Shown piece by piece: positions 1 to 8,736 of a stretch of 64,000 nucleotides of DNA. Within the stretch, counting starts at the first letter, position 1. The number at the start of each line of letters is the position of its first letter. Where the stretch lies: contig JBDNHK010000023.1 of the NCBI GenBank assembly GCA_041688815.1, forward strand, positions 5,069 to 69,068, in the 5' to 3' direction. Source of the stretch: Acidimicrobiales bacterium. Lineage in GTDB: Bacteria > Actinomycetota > Acidimicrobiia > Acidimicrobiales > Acidimicrobilacustridaceae. The position numbers and the translations under genes were made by a program. The notes below the pieces were generated by a model, which searched no databases, was not told the DNA's origin, and worked only from the letters and a program-made list of their open reading frames with translations.

Positions 1-269
1 ACTACGGCGACGACGTCCTCGCCCCGGTGCACCTGAGGGCGGCGGTGGCCGAGGCGTCGGCGCAGTCACTGCCCATCCACGCTCTGGGCCACCGCGCCGG
101 TGCGCCCGAGGCAGCAGCCGAGTTCGACGCCCTGCTCTCCGCAGTCGTCCCCGAGGTCGCTCCCGAGATCGCCTCTGCCCCGGTGAACGCTGCCGCGTCC
201 ATCGCCGTCGCGTCGACCGTCCAGGCCACGGACACGGACTCGGTCTCGGCGCCGTTCCCTGCCACCTGA
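1..269 (+). CDS. C-terminal part of a probable ParA/Soj-family ATPase (5' truncated by window edge)
   Basis: Frame from nt 3 reads YGDDVLAPVHLRAAVAEASAQSLPIH...AAAEFDALL, resembling the ParA C-terminal pattern, followed by an Ala/Pro/Ser-rich tail. Confidence 0.55.
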   Translation, partial: YGDDVLAPVHLRAAVAEASAQSLPIHALGHRAGAPEAAAEFDALLSAVVPEVAPEIASAPVNAAASIAVASTVQATDTDSVSAPFPAT

Positions 270-280
270 CCGGAGCCCCG

Positions 281-607
281 ATGCCCTACGACCCCCAACG
301 TTCCCGTCACCGGCCTGAACCCACCGACGATCAGCTCGCCCCGGTCGACGCACTGCTGGATGCGGCCTCCGACACCGTGGATCTCCCCGAGGGCGTCGAG
401 ATCGAGGTCACCGCCGGCGGCGAGGACGTGCTGGTCGACACCACGCCGTGGAGCGAGGCCTACCTCCAGAACGACCTCGACGAGGACGTCGAGGGTGCTC
501 GCCGCTCGCGGCGCCTGCGGCTGCTCATCGCGGCCCTGGTGGCGGCGGTGCTGGCGGCGATGGTGGCCGGTGGGGTGCGGCGGTCAGTGCAGAAGCGTCG
601 TTCGTAG
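281..607 (+). CDS. Small hypothetical protein with C-terminal membrane anchor
   Basis: 108-aa ORF just after the ParA-like stop; acidic body, hydrophobic LLIAALVAAVLAAMVAGG flanked by Arg; 3' end overlaps the convergent gene. Confidence 0.55.
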   Translation: MPYDPQRSRHRPEPTDDQLAPVDALLDAASDTVDLPEGVEIEVTAGGEDVLVDTTPWSEAYLQNDLDEDVEGARRSRRLRLLIAALVAAVLAAMVAGGVRRSVQKRRS

Positions 608-1396
608 TCCATCCACGACGTCGGGTCCCACCCCGATCGAGGAGAGGTAGCCCTCCGCGGAGCCGTGCCGGGATCGCAGGTGACCGAGGAAGGTGTGCAT
701 GGCCTCGACCGGTGCGGCCAGGTAGGCGGAAGGCTGGTCGTTCATGGCGCTGAGCGCATCGGGGGCGTCGACGCGGAGTCGTTCGACGAGCTGTTCCATG
801 GCCAGGGCGCTGAGGGCGTAGTCCTCGACGATCACAGCGTCGTCGACCCCGATCACGGTGAGGACGAGCGCCGCCAACACGCCGGTTCGATCTTTTCCGG
901 CCGCGCAGTGGAACACCGCAGGCAGGTTGGCGTCGTCGGCCAGAAGGTGCATTGCCCCGCCGAGGGCTGGGGCGCCGACGTCGAGCATCTGGATGTACAG
1001 CGAGCCGAGCACCTCTCCGGCGTCGGCATCGGGGTCGAGGTCGAGTGGTGCCCAGGTCTCCCCGAGTACCGGGAGGTGGTGGTGGGTGATGCCGAGGTGT
1101 TCGGCTTCGAGACGTCCGTTGTCGACCTCGGCGGTGGTTCGGAGGTCAAGGACTGTTCGCACTCCGAGCTCCTCGAGGACGTCGAGTTCGTGATCGGCGA
1201 GGCGGTGCAGAGCATCGGCGCGAAAGAGGGTCCTCCACCGCACCTCTCGGCCTCCGGCGCCTCGGTAACCCCCGAGGTCCCGGAAGTTGAAGGCACCGGC
1301 GAAAGGGAGCTGCCGGATCGTTTCGTCGGTCGAGGACCCGGGGTCGGCGTGCGTCACCCGCTGGAGGTTACGAGTGCCGCCGCCGGCGCTGTCCAT
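584..1396 (-). CDS. Protein-tyrosine phosphatase (IphP/Y_phosphatase3-like)
   Basis: NFRDLGGY, LFRAD, VLDLRT and catalytic HCAAGKDRTG; start codon uncertain. Confidence 0.9.
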   Translation of the reverse strand: MDSAGGGTRNLQRVTHADPGSSTDETIRQLPFAGAFNFRDLGGYRGAGGREVRWRTLFRADALHRLADHELDVLEELGVRTVLDLRTTAEVDNGRLEAEHLGITHHHLPVLGETWAPLDLDPDADAGEVLGSLYIQMLDVGAPALGGAMHLLADDANLPAVFHCAAGKDRTGVLAALVLTVIGVDDAVIVEDYALSALAMEQLVERLRVDAPDALSAMNDQPSAYLAAPVEAMHTFLGHLRSRHGSAEGYLSSIGVGPDVVDGLRTTLLH

Positions 1397-1539
1397 TCGA
1401 GGTCCGTTCCTGAGTCCTGGGGCCGCCGCACCTGCGGGTGAGGCTTCCCCTTGTGAACTGGAGTACGGCTGGTCGATCCGATCGCCATCCCACGTCGGAG
1501 TGGCGTGGCGATGAACAGCCGGCGAACCTTCGGCCCGGG

Positions 1540-2340
1540 TCAGATCGGTGGGCGATGCACCAGCACCGGGCAGGGCGCGTCGCGTACGACCTTCATGGCG
1601 GTGCTGCCCAACGCCGTTCGGGCCATGCCCGTGCGCCCATGAGTGGCCATGGCGATCATCGTCGCCGGCAGGTTCCGGGCCAGGTCGACGAGGGCGCGAG
1701 CGGCGTCGTCGGCCTCGACCCTTTGGACCTGGGCATGCAGGCCGGCCGCCCGGACGCGGTCGGCCACCGTCTCGAGTCGATCGGGGAGCTCCTCGCCCAC
1801 GGTTCCGCCCACCGGTGTGCCGTCGCTTCTCGTGACGGCCACCACCCGTACGGAGAGACGCAGCGCGGTGGCCCAGGCGATGGCGTCGTCGACGATGGTG
1901 ACCGAGGTGTCGCTGCCGTCGGTCGACACGATCAGGATGCCGTCGGCGATGAGCGCCTTGCTCTCGGTGGCCTTGCCCAGCAGGACCACCGGCCGGTCGG
2001 TGGCCTTCAGGAGGTCCTCGGCCGCCGAGCCGAGTAGGGCTTTGCCCAGGCCGCTGCGGCCGTGGGTGGCCATCACCACCGCGGCGTCGATCCCGGCCAC
2101 TGCCCCGGCGATGGCCGTCACCGGGAACGAGTCAGCCACCACGCCCGTGGACCAGCCGGGGACGTCGAGGTCAGCCCCTCGGCTCTGCAGGTAGCCGTCG
2201 AGGTCAGCGACGTTGCTGCCCCACCCTGACGACATCAGATACACCGTGGCCCCGAAGGTCCGGGCCAACTCGGCGGCCACCGGGAGCGCCGACTCCGAGA
2301 GCTTCGAGCCATCGAGGGGAACGACGATGGTGGTGAGCAT
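1540..2340 (-). CDS. Tandem-domain universal stress protein
   Basis: IVVPLDGS...MATHGRSG...LGS and a second STDGS...MATHGRTG...LGS..V...PCPVLV domain. Confidence 0.92.
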   Translation of the reverse strand: MLTTIVVPLDGSKLSESALPVAAELARTFGATVYLMSSGWGSNVADLDGYLQSRGADLDVPGWSTGVVADSFPVTAIAGAVAGIDAAVVMATHGRSGLGKALLGSAAEDLLKATDRPVVLLGKATESKALIADGILIVSTDGSDTSVTIVDDAIAWATALRLSVRVVAVTRSDGTPVGGTVGEELPDRLETVADRVRAAGLHAQVQRVEADDAARALVDLARNLPATMIAMATHGRTGMARTALGSTAMKVVRDAPCPVLVHRPPI

Positions 2341-2459
2341 GGTCGTCTCCTGATCTTCGGGATCCCGATCGTCCCCGACCGGGGGGCGCACCGACCAGAC
2401 CCGTCAGCTGGCGTTTGACCCTACCCGCGGCATCGGGGCGCGCCGGGCAGACTGGACTG

Positions 2460-3323
2460 ATGATCGACACCCCCTTCACCCTCCCCGCCCACGGGGTCGA
2501 CGTGGCCGTGCAGGTGTGGCTCCCCGAGGCCGAGCCCTCGGGGGTCGTGGTCGTGGCCCACGGCATGGGCGAGCACGCCCGGCGCTACCGCCGCCTGGCC
2601 GAAGCCCTCACCGCCGACGGCTGGGCGGTGTACGCGCCCGATCATCGCGGTCACGGTCGCACCGCGTCCGGACCCGATGGAATGGGCGATCTCGGACCCG
2701 AGGGTTGGGACGGCCTCGTCGCCGACCTGGCGCAACTGGTCGACGTCGTCGCCGAGCGCCACGAGGGCCTGGCGATCGTGCTGCTGGGGCACTCGATGGG
2801 CAGCTTCGCCGCCCAGCAGTACGTGCTCGACCACAGCGACCGGCTGGCCGCGCTGGTGCTGACCGGCACCACCGCGCTCGACCAGGTGGCCGGTGCCCTC
2901 GACCCCACCCGGCCCGCCGACCTCAGCACCTTCAACGCCCCGTTCGAACCAGCGCGAACGGAGTCCGATTGGTTGAGCCGCGACGAGGCGGAGGTGGATC
3001 TCTACGTGGCCGACCCACTGTGCGGGTTCGGCATCGACGGGCCGGCAACGGTGTCGTTGATCGCCGCCGCCCCCCGGCTGGGCGACCAGGCCGCCATCGA
3101 CGCCGTTCGCGACGGGCTGCCGATCTACCTCGCATCGGGGCGCGAGGATCCCCTAGCCCTCGGTGGGATGTTGGTCGACATGGTGGCCGACCGGTACCGC
3201 TCCGCCGGTGCCGACGTCACCGAGGTGCTCTACGAAGGGGCCCGCCACGAGCTGTTCAACGAGACGAATCGAGCCGAGGTCACGGCGGCGTTGCTCGACT
3301 GGTTGAGGCCGTTGCGGCGCTGA
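2460..3323 (+). CDS. Alpha/beta hydrolase (lysophospholipase/monoacylglycerol lipase-like)
   Basis: HGMGEH, DHRGHG, nucleophile elbow GHSMG, ARHELFNE. Confidence 0.9.
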   Translation: MIDTPFTLPAHGVDVAVQVWLPEAEPSGVVVVAHGMGEHARRYRRLAEALTADGWAVYAPDHRGHGRTASGPDGMGDLGPEGWDGLVADLAQLVDVVAERHEGLAIVLLGHSMGSFAAQQYVLDHSDRLAALVLTGTTALDQVAGALDPTRPADLSTFNAPFEPARTESDWLSRDEAEVDLYVADPLCGFGIDGPATVSLIAAAPRLGDQAAIDAVRDGLPIYLASGREDPLALGGMLVDMVADRYRSAGADVTEVLYEGARHELFNETNRAEVTAALLDWLRPLRR

Positions 3324-3366
3324 CGGGCCGGGCGCGCGGACATCCCCTGCCTTGTCGACCCGCGTC

Positions 3367-3423
3367 CCCCGCCGCCGCCGCCGCAGTCGCGGCTCCGGCT
3401 GCGGCTCCGGCTCCGGCTCCGGC
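3367..3423. repeat. Low-complexity tandem repeats (GCC)n and (GGCTCC)n
   Basis: Read directly: gccgccgccgccgc followed by ggctccggctgcggctccggctccggctccgg. Confidence 0.6.
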
Positions 3424-3596
3424 CCGCCGAACCGCCCTTCCGGTCGCCTCCACGCGAGCGAGCTGAGACGGGCGATCTGAGCCGATCGATTCATTTCTCA
3501 GGGTTGGGTCGTCGGATGCCGACAATTCCGTAGGTCCCGGTCATGCCACGCCACCCTGCCCCCTCCCGGTCCAGGGCCGCTCGTTCCCGTTGCCGC

Positions 3597-3610
3597 GGGG
3601 GGGGGGGGGG
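3597..3610. repeat. G14 homopolymer
   Basis: 14 consecutive G, about 40 nt upstream of GGAG-ATG at 3652. Confidence 0.95.
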
Positions 3611-3651
3611 TCCCGTGCTCGCGCCCGTTCCGCCTCTGGCCGAGTTCGGAG

Positions 3652-4164
3652 ATGAAGATGACCGAGCCCTCTCGCATGGGTCGCCCGCCAGCGCGTTCGA
3701 CCGAACTGCGGTCGCGGTTCACCATCGGCAGCATGAGCCTCGGCGCCGGGTGCGTTCCGGTGGTGGTGCTGGCGTTGACGGACCAGAGCGGGAATGCGTC
3801 GGCCACCGTGGCCACCTCGGGGGACCCGACCTTCACGCCGAAGAAATGCTTCGACCACGGTTCCCGGCGCGACGCCTCCCGGCTCCGACCCGGTTGCCTC
3901 GGTCGACTCGGAGGGAGTGTCCGTCGATCCCACCACCCCAGATGTTGCGGGCGCGCCTCCGGGACGCCCGGGGTCTCCGTCGACGCCAGCCCACCCGGGA
4001 TCGGGCTCCACCGGGTCAGGAGCAGTGTCGACACCATCGGCGCTGACTCCCCCTTCGGCACCGGACCCCGGTGGCGGTCCGCCTCCGACGGCCCCCCGCA
4101 GACCACCGCTCCGACCGCGCCGCCCACCACTGCCCCGCCGACGACGGTGACCGGACCGAGCTGA
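3652..4164 (+). CDS. Pro/Thr/Ser-rich putative secreted protein, probably frameshifted
   Basis: GGAG RBS, hydrophobic segment VPVVVLAL, PTTAPPTT tail; the middle reads more protein-like in the 3794..4150 frame. Confidence 0.4.
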   Translation: MKMTEPSRMGRPPARSTELRSRFTIGSMSLGAGCVPVVVLALTDQSGNASATVATSGDPTFTPKKCFDHGSRRDASRLRPGCLGRLGGSVRRSHHPRCCGRASGTPGVSVDASPPGIGLHRVRSSVDTIGADSPFGTGPRWRSASDGPPQTTAPTAPPTTAPPTTVTGPS

Positions 4165-4169
4165 GTACC

Positions 4170-4350
4170 GTGACCGGGGCCGAGAGCACGTTCACCGCCG
4201 TTGGTTCGCGGTGCCGCATCGTCGTGGTGCATAGCGACGACCCCGGGCCGCTGATCGAGGAAGGTCGAGTCCTCGTCGAGCAGCTCGAGGCGGCCTGGTC
4301 TCGGTTCCTTCCGACGAGCGAGCTCCGGGCCCTCGACGACCGCGACGGGC
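4170..4350 (+). pseudogene. apbE: N-terminal remnant of FAD:protein FMN transferase (ApbE)
   Basis: FTAVGSRCRIVVV...LEAAWSRFLPTSELRAL matches the ApbE N-terminal SRF..SEL motif, then similarity stops. Confidence 0.7.
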
Positions 4351-4378
4351 TGACGACACCGCTCACCGCACCCACCAG

Positions 4379-6475
4379 ATGCTGGCCGAGCACCCGCTCG
4401 TCGAGGTGCTCCTGCGCAATCCCCGGCGTGAGTCCTACGTCGGTTGGGACGACAGCGCCAACCGCGATCGGCTGCTGCTCGCCACCGCGGCGGTCGCCCC
4501 CGACTGGGTGCTCTCCCTCGACGCCGACGAGCGCATCGGAGCCGACGACGCAGTGGCGCTGCGGGAGTTCCTGGCCACCGCCATCCCGGCGGCGCGCCGG
4601 CTCGCCACGACGTTGCGCATCCAGCACCGGGCCAGCCTCACCGCCGAGCGTCGGGAGGCCCGCTTCGTCAAGTACCGCCAGGCCGACCCTCGCGTCGAGT
4701 ACCAGCCCGGGTACGACCATCTCCTCGACGGACCCGGCCGGGTGCGACGCCTCGAACCGCGCCCGACCGACCTGGCCGTACTGCTCCCGGGCACAGGCCG
4801 CGGGACGTCGGTCGAGCACGACTGGGGGATCGTCGCCCAGACCCGATACCCGGTGGCCCCGGTCCCCGACGAGTTCGACCCGGAAGCGCCGGTGCTCACC
4901 GCCATCGTCATCAGCCGCGACGACGAGGAGCGCATCGAGCGGACGGTGGCGTCGGTGACGGCCCAGGAATCGCCCGAGCCTTTCGAGGTCGTGGTGGTCA
5001 CGAGCGGCACCGACCGCACTGCGGACATCGTCCGCCGTCGGTTCCCGGACGTGCGCGTGGTGGAGCTCGACCACGCCGCCCTGCCCGGTGAGGCCCGCAA
5101 CGCCGGGCTGCGGGTGGCCAGGGGCGTTTACGTGTCGTTCCCCGGGTCGCACGTGGAGCTCCCGCCGGGGAGCCTCGCCGCCCGCATTCGGGCCCACGAC
5201 GAAGGGTGGTCCATGGTCACGGGCACGACCCGCAACGGCACCCACACCCGAGCCGGCTGGGCGGCGTACTTCCTCGAGCATTCGACCGTGCTCCCGGGCC
5301 GAGCGTCGGAGCAGTTGTCGGGGCCGCCGGCGCACTGTTCCTATGACCGTCGGGCCCTCCTCGGGGTAGGTGGTTTCCCCGAGGCCCTCAGGACCGGGGA
5401 GGACACCTGGGTCAACCACGCGTTGTTCCGGGCCGGGGCCCGCGCCTACCGGGCCGCCGACCTGCCGTTGATCCACCACAACCGCTCGCGTACCGTTCCC
5501 CAACTCGCCCGGCGTCACTTCGCGCGAGGGAGGGCCTTCACGGTCTTCCCGCGCGGCGACCCGCCCGGTGCCCGGGCCGAGCTCCGACGACCCACACCGC
5601 GGGTCGAGGCAACCCGCACCTCCGGGCCCGAGGCCGAGGTGGTGGGCGCGCTCCAGCAGCCGCTGCGGTTGCGCGCCGTGACCCCGCCACCGTTCGCCGG
5701 GGTGCGCCCGATCTACGTGCATCTGCCGAAGACGGCGGGCAGCACCCTGTTGCGGATCCTCGAGCGCGAGGTCGCTCCGCATCCGGTGTTGCGGCTCTAC
5801 GGCGAGAACCGGAGCTTGCTGCGCGAGCTGGCGGCGAGGTCGGACGCCGAACGACGCGACGTGCGGGCGGTGTCGGGCCACATGGGGTTCGGGATCGACA
5901 CGATGCTCCCCGGCCCCAGCGTGTACCTCACCGTGTTGCGCGACCCGGTCGACCGGATCGTGTCGCACTACGCCTACCTGCAGTCGCGCGCCAACGAGCC
6001 TGCTCATGCCGCCGCTCTGCGCGGGGTGACGTCGCTCGAGGAGTACCTCGAGTCGTCAGCGCTGTCGCCGTTGTTCCACAACGCGCAATGCCGGCTGCTC
6101 GGTACCGACGTGGCGGCGCCGGTCGGGCCCGCAGGTCGCGAGAGCCTGGCGCAGGCCATCGCCGTCCTCGCTCGCCTCGACGTGCTGGTCGGGCTTCAGG
6201 AGCGCTTCGACGAATCCCTTGCCTTGTTCCGCAGGGCGGTGGGTTGGGGGTACCCGGCCTACCGGAACGAGAACGTGGCCGCCGCCCGTCCGGCCCTCGG
6301 CGATCTGCCTCCGTCGACCATCGAGCTCATCCGTGAGCGCAACGCGCTCGATGTCGAGCTCTACGAGCACGCCCGGATCCGCTTCGAGACCGACCTGGCT
6401 GCGGCCAGGGATCTGGGCGACGAACTCGAGCTTCTGCGCCGGGCCGGGCGCTGGGTGGGGCCCCGCCGCGCCTGA
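4379..6475 (+). CDS. GT2-like fragment + GT2 + sulfotransferase multidomain ORF, 5' truncated
   Basis: DWVLSLDADE; AIVISRDDEERIERTVASV..EVVVV..PGEARNAG..GGFPEALRTGED; HLPKTAGST and LRDPVDRIVSHY PAPS-binding motifs. Confidence 0.8.
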   Translation: MLAEHPLVEVLLRNPRRESYVGWDDSANRDRLLLATAAVAPDWVLSLDADERIGADDAVALREFLATAIPAARRLATTLRIQHRASLTAERREARFVKYRQADPRVEYQPGYDHLLDGPGRVRRLEPRPTDLAVLLPGTGRGTSVEHDWGIVAQTRYPVAPVPDEFDPEAPVLTAIVISRDDEERIERTVASVTAQESPEPFEVVVVTSGTDRTADIVRRRFPDVRVVELDHAALPGEARNAGLRVARGVYVSFPGSHVELPPGSLAARIRAHDEGWSMVTGTTRNGTHTRAGWAAYFLEHSTVLPGRASEQLSGPPAHCSYDRRALLGVGGFPEALRTGEDTWVNHALFRAGARAYRAADLPLIHHNRSRTVPQLARRHFARGRAFTVFPRGDPPGARAELRRPTPRVEATRTSGPEAEVVGALQQPLRLRAVTPPPFAGVRPIYVHLPKTAGSTLLRILEREVAPHPVLRLYGENRSLLRELAARSDAERRDVRAVSGHMGFGIDTMLPGPSVYLTVLRDPVDRIVSHYAYLQSRANEPAHAAALRGVTSLEEYLESSALSPLFHNAQCRLLGTDVAAPVGPAGRESLAQAIAVLARLDVLVGLQERFDESLALFRRAVGWGYPAYRNENVAAARPALGDLPPSTIELIRERNALDVELYEHARIRFETDLAAARDLGDELELLRRAGRWVGPRRA

Positions 6476-6525
6476 GCCGCTCGTACCCTGACCGGGAACT
6501 CACCCGGCAATTCGGCGACGCGCCG

Positions 6526-6963
6526 CTACAGGGCGACGAAGCGGTAGCCCAGGTCTCGGGCGCCGGTCACGATCGTGGCCAGTGCGGCCACGGTGGCGGG
6601 GCGCTCCCGGCCCCCCCCGTCGTGCATCACCACGATGGCCCCCGGGTGGAGCCCGTCGAGCACGGCGCCGGCGATCTCGTCGGGCCGGCGGTGCGACCAG
6701 GTGTGGGTCCCGATGGTGTGGCCGGCGGCCGCCGCCCGGACGGCGTCGCCGGGCCTGCTCTCGATCTGCATCCCGACCATGAAGAAGATGGCCGGGGTCC
6801 TGGTCTCGGCCAGGGTGTCGAGCACGGCCGGCGTCGACGGGCCGGGGCCGTCGTCGAAGGTCAGGGCCACCACCGGGTCGTCGGGTCGGTGAAGTGACCC
6901 TGGGATCTGGTGCACCCGCCGGATGAGGTCGGTCACTTCGCCGGTCCTAGGCGGCGCCCACAC
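6526..6963 (-). pseudogene. Polysaccharide deacetylase (NodB/CE4) with internal deletion
   Basis: ALTFDDGP, HTWSH and VMHDGGG present; RxPYG and DxxDW motifs absent. Confidence 0.75.
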
Positions 6964-7026
6964 CCGCCGGCGCGCTCATCCGCCGTGCGGGCCGCCCACC
7001 GAACCGAGCTGGCTGATAGCGGGCCC

Positions 7027-7737
7027 TTAGGCGCCGGGGAGCTCCACGACGAACTCGGCGACGTCGATGGCCAGACCGTGGCGGAGCTGCTCGGCCACCG
7101 CCCCCCGGGTGTTGGCCCTCGTGGCCACGAAGGCCCCCTTGCGGAGGTGGCCGGCCAGGTGGGCGGCGTGGCCCACCGCTTCACTGACCACGTCCCCGAC
7201 GGGCACTACCCGGTCGAAGAACCCGGCGGCGACCGCTCCCTCGGGGTCGAAGTCCTGGGCGTGGAGGGTGGCGGCGGTGAACCACCGCTTCGACAGCCGG
7301 TCGCGCGCCAGCTCCACCGCGAAGCGGGGAAGGGGCATGCCGATGGCGACCTCGGGGAGCCCGATCTTGAACGCCCCCTCGGCGCCGATCCGGGAGTCGG
7401 CGGCGAGGAGGAGGATGGCACCCATCGCCAGGGCGTGGCCGGTGGCGCCGATCACCACGGGCTGGGGGAACTCGTAGATCTCGATGGCCAGTTCGGCTCC
7501 GGTCTTCAGCAGTTCCCGGGCGCCGTCGACCGGACCGTTCATCACGGACAGGTCGAAGCCGGCCGAGAAGCGCCCCGGGCGCCCGACCAGGGCCACGGCG
7601 CCCGCTTCGCCGCGAGCGCGGCCGAGGCCGTCGTGGATCGCTTCGGCCACCGAGTGGCTGATGGCGTTGGCTTTTTCGTCGTCGATGGTGATGACGGCGA
7701 CGTCGCCGTCGAGCACATAGGTCACGGAATCGCTCAT
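7027..7737 (-). CDS. Enoyl-CoA hydratase/crotonase family protein
   Basis: VAVITIDDEKANAI, FSAGFDL, GHALAMGA, IGLPEVAIG. Confidence 0.9.
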   Translation of the reverse strand: MSDSVTYVLDGDVAVITIDDEKANAISHSVAEAIHDGLGRARGEAGAVALVGRPGRFSAGFDLSVMNGPVDGARELLKTGAELAIEIYEFPQPVVIGATGHALAMGAILLLAADSRIGAEGAFKIGLPEVAIGMPLPRFAVELARDRLSKRWFTAATLHAQDFDPEGAVAAGFFDRVVPVGDVVSEAVGHAAHLAGHLRKGAFVATRANTRGAVAEQLRHGLAIDVAEFVVELPGA

Positions 7738-7790
7738 GCCCCTAGCATCGCAGGAATGGCGTTGCACGTCGGCCGGCGGGCGAACCGGTG

Positions 7791-8624
7791 CTACCTGACC
7801 TTGAAGGCGCCGGCCAGTTGGGCGTCGGAGAAGGCGCCGGTGTTGGGCAGCCCCACGGCGTAGCGGTACAGGGCGGCACGAAAGATGCCGGTGAGGGCCG
7901 ACACGATGGCGATGGCCACCGCGACGTAGATGAACAGCAGGGGCAGGCCGACGATCGGGAGGCCGGCGGCGGTGACGGCCCCGAACACGACGACGCCGGG
8001 GAGGATGATCAGGACACCGAGCAGGCCCAGCCCGCCCTGGGCGATCAGGTTCTCTCCCCACGTGGATTTGAGCAGGTGGACCGACCGCTTGATACCGGCC
8101 ACCGGTCCGGTGCCCTCGATGACGATCGCCGGAAGGGTCAGCCAGGTGACGACGTTCCAGGCCATCCCCACCACGCGCAGGACGATGGCACCGAGGGGCC
8201 CGGTCCGGTCGGCGATGGCCTGCAGGACCAGCCCCACGGTGACGTTGATGGCGGCCCAACCGATGATCGGCGTGAAGCAGGACCAGGCCCGGCGGGCGGC
8301 GGTGGACAGCGTGGGGTGGCCGCCCTCGAGCCGCTCGTTGGCCCCGGCGATCAGGACACCGGTGAAGAACTGGGCCACGATGCCGACGAACATCAATCCG
8401 ACGACCCCGACGGCGTAGGAGACCGGTGACGCCTGCACCGCGTCCTGGCCCGGCACCGGGTCGGACACGATGGTGAGGGTGGTGTAGACGGCGCCACCGA
8501 AGGCCACGGCCACGACGCTGCACGCCACCGCCGAGACGACCGGGATGGCCGCGAGCTCCTTGTCCTGGCGCAGGACGTTCCATGACTCTTTGCCGAGGGT
8601 CAGGCTGTTCGCGAATCGTCCCAT
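7791..8624 (-). CDS. Multi-pass membrane protein (DUF6159-like)
   Basis: N-terminal SW.VLRQDKEL, several TM helices, S..LLK.TWGE, C-terminal IFRAALYRYA; family name from memory. Confidence 0.7.
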   Translation of the reverse strand: MGRFANSLTLGKESWNVLRQDKELAAIPVVSAVACSVVAVAFGGAVYTTLTIVSDPVPGQDAVQASPVSYAVGVVGLMFVGIVAQFFTGVLIAGANERLEGGHPTLSTAARRAWSCFTPIIGWAAINVTVGLVLQAIADRTGPLGAIVLRVVGMAWNVVTWLTLPAIVIEGTGPVAGIKRSVHLLKSTWGENLIAQGGLGLLGVLIILPGVVVFGAVTAAGLPIVGLPLLFIYVAVAIAIVSALTGIFRAALYRYAVGLPNTGAFSDAQLAGAFKVR

Positions 8625-8736
8625 CTCGAAACCATAACGCCCCGGCCCGGTACGGTCATGGGACGGTCAGATCATTTCCCGAAGGCTCCGGTCCTGTCCC
8701 CGGGGGGCGTCCCAGGGCGTGCCTAGGGTGACGGGC

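Noticed and set aside
3153-3494. Minus-strand PEPEPEPQPEP ORF
   Set aside because: Explained by the hexamer repeat and overlaps the hydrolase antisense; no other coding signal.
4016-6007. Long antisense or alternate-frame ORFs (e.g. 4016..6007, 8746..10329, 19009..20790, 25761..27635, 29336..30634)
   Set aside because: Shadows of real genes in high-GC DNA; Arg/Gly/Pro-rich with no motifs.
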